This document shows positions 45,075 to 53,978 of a DNA stretch of 64,000 bases, piece by piece. The notes under the pieces are model-generated. The model ran no database searches, was not told where the DNA came from, and saw only the letters and a program-made list of their open reading frames with translations. The DNA lies in the sequence record LC788706.1; one strand, written 5' to 3'. Both the position numbers and the translations under genes were made by a program. This DNA comes from Escherichia coli phage KS_S14. How positions within the stretch are numbered: position 1 is the first letter of the stretch; every line of letters begins with the position of its first letter.

Positions 45075-45841
45075 TGTCTCTTTCTGATTTAGCTACACAA
45101 ATTATCAAGGAGCAATTAGATACTGCGGGACGTTCCGAGAATAATAAGAATACCGTTGTATATTCTGTTGAAACAGGACTGAAAGATCCTACTAGAGATG
45201 GTACTGTTGCTCAGGTATCTTTTAAATTCTCAAAACCTGTATCCCAAGACCTCCTTAATGTTAGGACCGCTTCTATTCTAAAAGCAGTTTCTTCTAGCTT
45301 AGATCTAACAGGAGACTTAGGTGCTTTAGAAAGTCTTATTCAAGCAACCTCTGGTAAAAAATCCTCTGTAGGTAAAAAACGTTCTACTGGTAGAGTTCAA
45401 GTAAACTTTGGAGACCCTAGAGACGTAGAAGATGGATATTCTGGTGCAGTAACAGGTGCTTCAGGACGTTTTGTATCTAATAGCAATATGAAGGTTATTC
45501 TGGAGTTGGTTGCTAAAGAATACTTAATAAAGGATATGAAAAAAGCAGGAGCTCCACTTAAATTTAGAACAGGTCGTTTTGCAAATTCTCTAAAAGTTAA
45601 AGATGTTATGCTTAGAGATACTGGAACTAGCAAAGGTGCTCCTGAATTAAATGTTACATATAATTATATGGTACGTCCATATTCAGTATTTAACCCCGCA
45701 GTGTCTACATATCGAAGATTATCATTACGACCATATCCAGGTGCTAGAAACCCCCAAAAATTAATTGGAGAGGCGATAGCTAAAGCTGCAAGAGACCTAA
45801 TTCACTCCAGATACAAAATTAAGGTTAATCAAGGAACCTAA
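45074..45841 (+). CDS. hypothetical structural protein
   Basis: 255 aa in head-tail joining region. Confidence 0.45.
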   Translation: MSLSDLATQIIKEQLDTAGRSENNKNTVVYSVETGLKDPTRDGTVAQVSFKFSKPVSQDLLNVRTASILKAVSSSLDLTGDLGALESLIQATSGKKSSVGKKRSTGRVQVNFGDPRDVEDGYSGAVTGASGRFVSNSNMKVILELVAKEYLIKDMKKAGAPLKFRTGRFANSLKVKDVMLRDTGTSKGAPELNVTYNYMVRPYSVFNPAVSTYRRLSLRPYPGARNPQKLIGEAIAKAARDLIHSRYKIKVNQGT

Positions 45842-45844
45842 TAA

Positions 45845-46330
45845 ATGGATCACAGAACAAGTATAGCACAAGCTCTGGTTGATCGAATAGCCAAACAAAT
45901 GGATGGCTCTCAACCAGATGAATATTTTAATAACTTGTATGGAAACGTCTCACGTCAAACTTATAAGTTTGAGGAGATACGAGAGTTTCCTTATGTTGCA
46001 GTTCATATCGGAACTGAAACTGGGCAATATCTTCCCTCAGGTCAACAGTGGATGTTTTTAGAACTTCCTATCCTGGTGTATGATAAAGAGAAAACAGACA
46101 TTCAAGAGCAACTTGAAAAACTCGTAGCGGATATAAAAACCGTTATTGACACAGGTGGAAATTTAGAATATACTGTTAGTAAACCTAATGGATCGACCTT
46201 CCCATGTGAGGCGACTGATATGAGCATTACATCAGTTAGTACAGATGAGGGTCTACTGGCCCCATATGGTTTAGCAGAAATAAATGTAACAGTGAGGTAT
46301 CAGCCTCCACGTAGGTCACTTCGCAGATAA
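45845..46330 (+). CDS. tail completion protein candidate
   Basis: 161 aa upstream of tail tube gene. Confidence 0.4.
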   Translation: MDHRTSIAQALVDRIAKQMDGSQPDEYFNNLYGNVSRQTYKFEEIREFPYVAVHIGTETGQYLPSGQQWMFLELPILVYDKEKTDIQEQLEKLVADIKTVIDTGGNLEYTVSKPNGSTFPCEATDMSITSVSTDEGLLAPYGLAEINVTVRYQPPRRSLRR

Positions 46331-46356
46331 GTTACAGATTAGGAGAAAATAATTAA

Positions 46357-47754
46357 ATGTCTTTACAACTATTACGTAATACTCGAATCTTCGTGTCTAC
46401 GGTTAAGACTGGTCACAACAAGACCAACACGCAAGAGATTCTAGTTCAGGATGATATTTCTTGGGGTCAGGACAGTAACTCAACAGATATTACTGTTAAC
46501 GAAGCTGGTCCGCGTCCTACTCGTGGTTCTAAACGATTTAACGATTCCTTAAACGCAGCTGAGTGGAGTTTTTCTACTTATATCCTGCCATATATCAATA
46601 AAGATGATCAGAAGCAAATCGTTCCTGACTATATGTTATGGCATGCACTTTCTAGTGGTAAAGCTATTAACTTAGGAGGTAATACAGGAGCACACAATAA
46701 CGAAGCTAACTTCATGGTTAACTTCAAAGATAACTCCTATCATGAGTTAGCAATGTTACATATTTATATTCTGACTGATAAAGCATGGAGTTATATCGAT
46801 TCCTGTCAGATTAACCAGGCAGAAGTTAACGTTGATATTGAGGATATTGGTCGTGTAACTTGGTCCGGTAATGGTAATCAGCTTATTCCTCTGGATGAGC
46901 AACCATTTGACCCAGATGAGTTAGGTATTGATGATGAAACTTATATGACTATCCAGGGTTCTTATATTAAGAACAAACTAACGATCTTGAAGATCAAGGA
47001 TATGGATACCAATAAGTCTTATGACATACCTATTACTGGTGGTACTTTCACTATTAATAACAACATCACGTACCTAACCCCGAATATTATGTCTCGTGTT
47101 AATATTCCGATCGGTTCATTTACTGGCGCATTTGAACTAACTGGTTCATTAACTGCTTATCTGAATGATAAATCTCTTGGTTCTATGGAGCTATACAAAG
47201 ATCTTATCAAGACTCTGAAGGTAGTTAACCGCTTCGAAATTGCTCTAGTACTTGGTGGTGAATACGATGAAGAACGTCCTGCGGCTATTCTGGTAGCTAA
47301 ACAAGCACACGTTAATATTCCTACTATTGAAACTGATGATGTACTTGGTACTTCAGTAGAGTTTAAAGCTATTCCATCTGATCTGGATGCTGGTGATGAA
47401 GGTTACTTAGGCTTCTCTAGTAAATATACCAAAACAACTATTAATAACTTGATTGTTAATGGTGATGGTGCTACTAATGCTGTAACCGCAATTACTGTTA
47501 AATCTGCTGGTGATGCTACTACAGTAAATAACTCGGCTACTCTTCAAATGAGTGTTGAAGTTACTCCTTCTTCCGCAAAGAATAAGGAAGTTACTTGGGC
47601 TATCACTGCCGGTGATGCAGCTACAATTGATCCAGAATCTGGCCTATTAACTGCGGACACCACTAAAACTGGTGAAGTAACTGTAGAAGCTACTGCTAAA
47701 GATGGTTCTGGAGTTAAAGGTACTAAACAGATTACTGTAACAGCAGGTGGCTAA
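46357..47754 (+). CDS. major tail tube protein with C-terminal Ig-like domain (pb6-like)
   Basis: 465 aa; C-terminal Big_2-like stretch; position before tape measure. Confidence 0.6.
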   Translation: MSLQLLRNTRIFVSTVKTGHNKTNTQEILVQDDISWGQDSNSTDITVNEAGPRPTRGSKRFNDSLNAAEWSFSTYILPYINKDDQKQIVPDYMLWHALSSGKAINLGGNTGAHNNEANFMVNFKDNSYHELAMLHIYILTDKAWSYIDSCQINQAEVNVDIEDIGRVTWSGNGNQLIPLDEQPFDPDELGIDDETYMTIQGSYIKNKLTILKIKDMDTNKSYDIPITGGTFTINNNITYLTPNIMSRVNIPIGSFTGAFELTGSLTAYLNDKSLGSMELYKDLIKTLKVVNRFEIALVLGGEYDEERPAAILVAKQAHVNIPTIETDDVLGTSVEFKAIPSDLDAGDEGYLGFSSKYTKTTINNLIVNGDGATNAVTAITVKSAGDATTVNNSATLQMSVEVTPSSAKNKEVTWAITAGDAATIDPESGLLTADTTKTGEVTVEATAKDGSGVKGTKQITVTAGG

Positions 47755-47758
47755 TTAA

Positions 47759-48658
47759 ATGTACTACTCTCTAATGAGAGAGTCAAAAGTTATAGTTGAG
47801 TATGATGGTAGGGCATTTCATTTTGATGCCCTATCAAACTATGATATACAGACTTCCTACGAGGAATTCAAGACTCTTCGTAGGACTGTTCATCGTAGAA
47901 CTAACTATGCAGACTCTATTATAAATGCTCAAACCCCTTCTTCTATCTCTCTAGCAGTAAATTTTAGTAATACTCTTACTGAAGCTAACTTCTTTGAATG
48001 GTTAGGTTTTGATAGAAAAGGTAATACTTTCTTACTCCCATTATATAGTAATAATATTGAACCTATTATGTTCAATATCTATATAGTAAACAAAGATAAT
48101 AACTGTGTATATTTTGAAAACTGTTATGTATCTACAGTAGATTTTTCTTTAGATAAGAATATACCAATTCTTAATATTGGTATTGAGTCTGGGAAATTCT
48201 CAGAAGTATCTACCTATAGAGAAGCAGCTTCTATTATACAGGGTGAAGTAATGTCTTACAGCCCAGTAATAGCTTCTACTAATGGCAGCATCTTACCCGG
48301 TCTTATCTCTGCTTCCTTATCTTTCCAACAGCAGTGCTCCTGGAGAGAGGATAAGAGTGTTTTTGATATAAATAAAATTTATAATAATAAAAGAGCCTAT
48401 GTAACTGAAATGAATGCTTCGGCAACCATTTCTCTATACTACTTAAAACGTTTTGCAGGAGATATGGTTTACAATATCGAACCGGAGACAGATGTACCTT
48501 TAAATATAAGAAATAATAATATTTCTATAGATTTTCCTTCAGCACGTATTACAAAACGCCTAGAGTTCTCAGATGTGTATAGAGTTGAGTGGGATGTTAT
48601 ACCTACTGCTTCTTCAGACCCAGTGAGAATAGATTTCTTTGGAGAAATTAAAAAATGA
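47759..48658 (+). CDS. hypothetical tail-associated protein
   Basis: 299 aa between tail tube and tape measure. Confidence 0.45.
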   Translation: MYYSLMRESKVIVEYDGRAFHFDALSNYDIQTSYEEFKTLRRTVHRRTNYADSIINAQTPSSISLAVNFSNTLTEANFFEWLGFDRKGNTFLLPLYSNNIEPIMFNIYIVNKDNNCVYFENCYVSTVDFSLDKNIPILNIGIESGKFSEVSTYREAASIIQGEVMSYSPVIASTNGSILPGLISASLSFQQQCSWREDKSVFDINKIYNNKRAYVTEMNASATISLYYLKRFAGDMVYNIEPETDVPLNIRNNNISIDFPSARITKRLEFSDVYRVEWDVIPTASSDPVRIDFFGEIKK

Positions 48659-49059
48659 TTAATTTAAAAGATATTACTCTTGATACTCGTACTATTACTC
48701 TTTCCTACCCAGGTATGCCGAATTTTAAACTAGAACTTAACTATATGTCTCGTGCTACCTCTAAACGTGTTATTTCTTCTGCTAAACGTGATGAATGGGT
48801 TAATGGTACGCTGATACAAGTACAGGATGATGATAAGTTTATTGAAGCCTTTGTTGATGCAGCTATTAAAGGCTGGACTGGCTTAACTGTTGGTGACGTT
48901 GAAAAACTGATGCTGATTGAAACTGATGCTGATCCTGAAACTGAAGTTCCTTTTAGCCGCGACAATGCTGTAATGCTTATGCAGAACTCTGCTGCGTTTG
49001 ATTCTTGGATCAACCAGACAGTGTTCCACTTAGACACTTTTCGTAGCCCAAAAGCGTAA
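48655..49059 (+). CDS. hypothetical tail-associated protein
   Basis: 134 aa. Confidence 0.45.
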   Translation: MINLKDITLDTRTITLSYPGMPNFKLELNYMSRATSKRVISSAKRDEWVNGTLIQVQDDDKFIEAFVDAAIKGWTGLTVGDVEKLMLIETDADPETEVPFSRDNAVMLMQNSAAFDSWINQTVFHLDTFRSPKA

Positions 49060-49120
49060 AGAACTCCTAGATGCTGTTGCTGATTTTGCAGATAAGTGTA
49101 TTAAAAGCTCAGCATCTAAA

Positions 49121-49489
49121 ATGACTAAACAACAATATTTAATACTTTGTGAATCAATGGGTATAGAGCCTGATCCTAAGGCCATACCTGTTGAACTTGA
49201 AGACTTTCCACCTATTGTAGCTACTAGTATGAATATTTATAATAGTCTAATTGACTGTTTCATACCTGGTGACTTCCCTATCTTTATAGGTAAAGACAAA
49301 GCTGCTCTAGGTGTTTTATTTGATATTTATGGGATTACTGATCCTATAGAAAAAGAATTTGTTCTACACATTATCAATATATTTGATGCTAAAGCTGTAG
49401 ATGCTGCACGTAAACGTGCTGAGAAGCATAAACCGCAAAACGGAAGGATTCCTAACGTTAAGCCACATGCTAGATCTCGTGCACGGTAA
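49121..49489 (+). CDS. tail assembly chaperone candidate
   Basis: 122 aa immediately upstream of tape measure. Confidence 0.4.
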   Translation: MTKQQYLILCESMGIEPDPKAIPVELEDFPPIVATSMNIYNSLIDCFIPGDFPIFIGKDKAALGVLFDIYGITDPIEKEFVLHIINIFDAKAVDAARKRAEKHKPQNGRIPNVKPHARSRAR

Positions 49490-49524
49490 AAGTTTCCTCC
49501 AATGGGCGTTCCACGATGAGGCTT

Positions 49525-49557
49525 GGCTCTGGGTGATTTGCCCAGAGCCTTTTTTTA
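49525..49557 (+). terminator. rho-independent terminator
   Basis: Stem ggctctggg...cccagagcc followed by T7. Confidence 0.7.
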
Positions 49558-49572
49558 TTGGGAAAAATAAAA
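49556..49572 (+). promoter_or_regulatory. conserved late-region motif TATTGGGAAAAATAAAA
   Basis: Second copy, directly before tape measure start. Confidence 0.3.
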
Positions 49573-49573
49573 C

Positions 49574-52500
49574 ATGACTGATAAGCTAATACGAGAATTA
49601 CTAATAGACGTTAAACAGAAGGGGGCAACTCGTACTGCAAAGTCTATTGAAAACGTATCTGATGCGTTGGAAAATGCTGCTGCTGCTTCCGAACTGACAA
49701 ATGAGCAGTTAGGTAAAATGCCCAAAACTCTTTATTCCATTGAGAGGGCAGCAGACAGAGCAGCAAAAAGTCTTACTAAAATGCAAGCTAGTAGGGGTAT
49801 GGCTGGTATCACCAAATCTATTAATGATATTGGTGATAAACTAGATTACCTAGCTATCCAACTTATTGAAGTAACAGATAAACTAGAAATTGGATTCGAT
49901 GGAGTTTCTAGATCTGTTAAAACAATGGGCAATGATGTTGCAGCTGCAACAGAGAAAGTTCAAGATAGGTTATACGATACTAATAGAGTTTTAGGCGGTA
50001 CAACCAGAGGTTTTAATGATACTGCTGGTGCCGCTGGTAGAGCGTCTAGAGCCATTGGTAATACTTCTGGTTCAGCACGTGGTGCAACTCGTGATTTTGC
50101 AGCAATGGCTAAGATAGGTGGTAGTTTACCTATTATGTACGCAGCTCTTGCTTCCAACATCTTCGTTTTGCAATCAGCATTTGAACAACTTAAACTAGGT
50201 GATCAGCTAAATCGTTTAGAAAAATTTGGTGTTATAGTAGGTACTCAGACAGGTACTCCTGTTCAGACCCTTGCTAGATCACTACAAGAAGCTGCTGGAT
50301 ATGCTATTTCTTTTGAGGAAGCAATGAGACAGGCATCTTCAGCATCAGCTTATGGGTTTGATGCCGAACAACTTAATAAATTTGGTTTAGTAGCTCGTCG
50401 TGCGGCTGCTGTTCTTGGCGTTGATATGACTGATGCACTTAACCGTGTAATTAAGGGCGTATCTAAACAAGAAATCGAACTTCTGGATGAACTTGGTGTC
50501 ACCATTCGTCTTAATGACGCATACGCTGATTATGTTAAACAGTTAAATGCTGCAAACACAGGTATAACATATAATGTTAATAGTCTTACCACTTTCCAGA
50601 AGCAACAAGCATACGCTAATGCGGTAATTGCTGAATCTACTAAGCGTTTTGGCTACCTAGATGAAGTACTACGTGCAACTCCATGGGAGCAATTTGCTGC
50701 TAATGCAGATGCTGCACTAAGAAAAATACAACAAGCTGCTGCTAAGTATTTAGGGCCAGTAATTGATGCTATCAACACAGTATTTTATACATCTCAGGCT
50801 TCTATATCTGCTGAGGCAGCTAGGGCCCAAGAAAAAACTAATAGACAGATAGACCCTACCAACGTTGGTGCTGTTGCTTTAAGTTTAGCTGCATCTGAAG
50901 AAGGCTATAATAAAGCTCTAGATATGTATAAGGAATCTCTTGATAAGCGTAATAAGCTAAAATCTGAGTTCGATAAACGAATGGAACAAGCAGATTTCTA
51001 TACAAAACTAGCTATACGTCAAGTTGGTGAAGGTATTCCTATTGGTCTTGCAGCAGCAGGTGCCTCGGAGGCCAATAAGCAATTTGTAGCAGAAACTGCA
51101 GCTATGGGTCTACAAGTAACTAGACTTGGTAAGGAAGTAGAGGATTCTACAGAGAACCTCAATGCTTGGAAATCAGCGTATCAAGCTGCCGGGGCTGCTG
51201 CTGCAAAGGCTAGTCCAGAGTTTCAGAAGCAAATTAATCTACAGAGAGATACTACTGATCCTGGTGCTGTATATGATTTTAACTCTACTGTATTAAAAGG
51301 ACTAACTGAGCAGCAGAAAGCATACAATCAGACTAAGAAAACTGCTAGTGACTTAGCTAATGATATACAGAACGTTGCTCAGAATACAGATACTGCTGCT
51401 AAAACTAGTGCTACTTTAGCAGATGCTATAAAAAACATAGAATCTCTATCTCTAGGTACTGGTAAGAGTGCTGATGAATACGTTAAAAATCTTAACCTAG
51501 GCTATAATACTCTGTCTGAAATGAAAACTGCGTCTCAGGCCTTATCTGAGTACGTTAAACTAACTGGTAATGAGACTAAGAACCAGTTAGCAGTTCAACA
51601 GAAGATAGCTGACGTATACAACCAAACTAAAGATAAAGAAAAAGCACAGGAAGCTGGTAGGCGTTTAGAACTCCAACAGTTAGAAGAGCAAGAAGCTGCT
51701 TTACGCCGTGTACTTCAAACTAATCAGGGAAATAAAGCTGTTGAGAAAGAAATTGAAAAAATTCAGCTGGAGAAACTTAAACTTACTAATCAGGGTATGG
51801 AGGCTCAGAAGAAGGTTAAGGATTATACAGATAAAATCCTGGGTGTAGATCGTGAGATAGCTCTCTTAAATAACCGTACTATGACAGATACTCAGTATCG
51901 TCTAGCACAGTTAAATCTTGAATTGACCATTGAAAAGGAAAAGTACGAATGGTATACAAAACAAGCTGATAAACAGAAAGAGGCTGAACAGTCTAGACGT
52001 GCTCAAGCCCAAATTGAACGTGAAATCTGGAAATTCCGCCAAGATCAGATTGCTTCAATGGCTGCTGGTAGAGAGGAAGAACAGCAAAGACAATTTACTG
52101 CTAAACCACTAATGGGAAATGCGGAGCGCTTACAGGAACAGCTAAAATTATATGAAGACTTAAAGCAGAAAACATTAGGTAATGCTGCGGCACAAGCGGA
52201 GTATAATAAAAAGATAGCTGAAACTAGGGCACAACTAGCAGGTTTAAGGGCACAGAGAAATGCGGAGATGCAAGCTTCTGTTGGATCTTCTTTAGGTGCT
52301 GTGTATACTCCTACAACTGGACTATCTGGAGAAGATAAAGATTTTGCTGATATGGGAAATAGAATGGCTTCTTATGATCAGGCAATTTCTAAACTATCTG
52401 AGTTAAATTCCGAAGCAACTGCTGTAGCTCAAAGCATGGGTAATTTAACCAATGCTATGATTCAGTTCTCTATGGGGTCTTTAGACACTACTTCCACGAT

Positions 52501-53254
52501 CGCAGCAGGTATGCAGACTGTAGCCTCTATGATTCAATATAGTACTAGTCAACAGGTTAGTGCGATTGATCAGGCTATTGCAGCAGAGCAGAAACGAGAT
52601 GGTAAATCAGAAGCATCTAAAGCTAAGTTGAAGAAGTTGGAAGCTGAAAAGCTGAAGATTCAACAAGACGCAGCTAAGAAGCAGATTATCATCCAAACTG
52701 CAGTAGCTGTAATGCAGGCAGCCACCGCTGTTCCATATCCGTTCTCTATTCCACTAATGGTTGCGGCAGGTTTGGCGGGTGCCTTAGCTCTTGCTCAAGC
52801 ATCTTCTGCTTCTAGTATGTCAAGTATTGCTGATTCGGGAGCTGATACAACTAGTTACTTAACCTTAGGAGAGCGTCAGAAGAATATAGATGTGTCTATG
52901 TCTGCTAATGCAGGTGAACTATCTTATATTCGTGGAGATAAAGGCATAGGCGGTGCTAACTCTTTCGTTCCTCGCGCTGAGGGTGGTAATATGTACCCTG
53001 GGGTTAGCTATCAAATGGGTGAGCATGGTACAGAAGTAGTTACCCCTATGGTTCCTATGAAAGCTACACCTAATGATGAGCTAAAAACCTCATCTAACTC
53101 AACTTCAGGAAGACCTATCATCTTGAATATTAGTGCTATGGATGCTGCAAGTTTCAGAGAGTTTGCTTCTAGTAATAGTAGTGCTCTAAGAGACGCAGTA
53201 GAATTAGCTCTGAATGAGAACGGTGCTAGTTTGAAAACATTAGGAAATTCTTAA
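49574..53254 (+). CDS. tail tape measure protein (pb2-like)
   Basis: 1226 aa; Ala/Gln-rich coiled coil, C-terminal hydrophobic segment; size close to recalled T5 pb2. Confidence 0.75.
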   Translation: MTDKLIRELLIDVKQKGATRTAKSIENVSDALENAAAASELTNEQLGKMPKTLYSIERAADRAAKSLTKMQASRGMAGITKSINDIGDKLDYLAIQLIEVTDKLEIGFDGVSRSVKTMGNDVAAATEKVQDRLYDTNRVLGGTTRGFNDTAGAAGRASRAIGNTSGSARGATRDFAAMAKIGGSLPIMYAALASNIFVLQSAFEQLKLGDQLNRLEKFGVIVGTQTGTPVQTLARSLQEAAGYAISFEEAMRQASSASAYGFDAEQLNKFGLVARRAAAVLGVDMTDALNRVIKGVSKQEIELLDELGVTIRLNDAYADYVKQLNAANTGITYNVNSLTTFQKQQAYANAVIAESTKRFGYLDEVLRATPWEQFAANADAALRKIQQAAAKYLGPVIDAINTVFYTSQASISAEAARAQEKTNRQIDPTNVGAVALSLAASEEGYNKALDMYKESLDKRNKLKSEFDKRMEQADFYTKLAIRQVGEGIPIGLAAAGASEANKQFVAETAAMGLQVTRLGKEVEDSTENLNAWKSAYQAAGAAAAKASPEFQKQINLQRDTTDPGAVYDFNSTVLKGLTEQQKAYNQTKKTASDLANDIQNVAQNTDTAAKTSATLADAIKNIESLSLGTGKSADEYVKNLNLGYNTLSEMKTASQALSEYVKLTGNETKNQLAVQQKIADVYNQTKDKEKAQEAGRRLELQQLEEQEAALRRVLQTNQGNKAVEKEIEKIQLEKLKLTNQGMEAQKKVKDYTDKILGVDREIALLNNRTMTDTQYRLAQLNLELTIEKEKYEWYTKQADKQKEAEQSRRAQAQIEREIWKFRQDQIASMAAGREEEQQRQFTAKPLMGNAERLQEQLKLYEDLKQKTLGNAAAQAEYNKKIAETRAQLAGLRAQRNAEMQASVGSSLGAVYTPTTGLSGEDKDFADMGNRMASYDQAISKLSELNSEATAVAQSMGNLTNAMIQFSMGSLDTTSTIAAGMQTVASMIQYSTSQQVSAIDQAIAAEQKRDGKSEASKAKLKKLEAEKLKIQQDAAKKQIIIQTAVAVMQAATAVPYPFSIPLMVAAGLAGALALAQASSASSMSSIADSGADTTSYLTLGERQKNIDVSMSANAGELSYIRGDKGIGGANSFVPRAEGGNMYPGVSYQMGEHGTEVVTPMVPMKATPNDELKTSSNSTSGRPIILNISAMDAASFREFASSNSSALRDAVELALNENGASLKTLGNS

Positions 53255-53261
53255 AACTGGA

Positions 53262-53285
53262 GGAGGACTTTGAGTCCTCCTTTTC
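53262..53285 (+). terminator. rho-independent terminator after tape measure
   Basis: Stem ggaggac-tttga-gtcctcc followed by TTTT. Confidence 0.65.
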
Positions 53286-53286
53286 T

Positions 53287-53303
53287 TTATGGAAAAATAA
53301 AAA
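53287..53303 (+). promoter_or_regulatory. conserved late-region motif TTATGGAAAAATAAAAA
   Basis: Third copy, again directly after a terminator. Confidence 0.3.
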
Positions 53304-53307
53304 TTTC

Positions 53308-53336
53308 TTGATAAAATTTTCTAATACTATTATAAT
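53308..53336 (+). promoter_or_regulatory. sigma70-type promoter (TTGATA-17-TATAAT) inside late tail cluster
   Basis: Consensus hexamers, then GAGGAG RBS and ATG at 53364. Confidence 0.45.
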
Positions 53337-53363
53337 ATTGTTATTAAAGAGGAGAAATTAACT

Positions 53364-53978
53364 ATGAGATTACCAGACCCATACACGAATCCAGAACTTT
53401 CAGGCTTAGGATTCGAAAGTGTTAACCTGATTGATAATGACCCAGTAATTCGTGATGAGTTACCAAATGGTAAAGTTAACGAAGTTAAGGTATCTGCTCA
53501 ATACTGGGGTATAAATATTTCTTATCCAGAATTATTTCCAGATGAATATAGTGTTCTAGATGCATTTATTCTAGAATACAAAAGGACTGGTGGTTATATA
53601 GATGTTATATTACCACAATACGAAGCTTTTAGAGTTAGAGGTAATACTAGCCTAGTAAATATACCTGCTGGACAGAAGGGTTCTAATATAACTATGGATA
53701 CAAAAGGACTTCTCACAGGTATTCCAAAACCAGGGGATCTATTTAAGCTATCTAACCATCCAAAAGTATATAAAATAACATCATTCAATAAATCAGGCAA
53801 TACGTGGTCTATAAACTTATACCCTGATTTATTTATAACTACTACTGGGGCTGAGAAACCAGTGTTTAACGGAATACTATTTAGAACAAAACTCATGAAT
53901 GGTGATGCTTTCGGATCTACATTAAATAATAACGGAACATATTCCGGCATCTCATTAAATTTACGGGAAAGTTTATGA
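53364..53978 (+). CDS. distal tail protein (pb9-like)
   Basis: 204 aa immediately after tape measure; length matches recalled T5 pb9. Confidence 0.55.
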   Translation: MRLPDPYTNPELSGLGFESVNLIDNDPVIRDELPNGKVNEVKVSAQYWGINISYPELFPDEYSVLDAFILEYKRTGGYIDVILPQYEAFRVRGNTSLVNIPAGQKGSNITMDTKGLLTGIPKPGDLFKLSNHPKVYKITSFNKSGNTWSINLYPDLFITTTGAEKPVFNGILFRTKLMNGDAFGSTLNNNGTYSGISLNLRESL

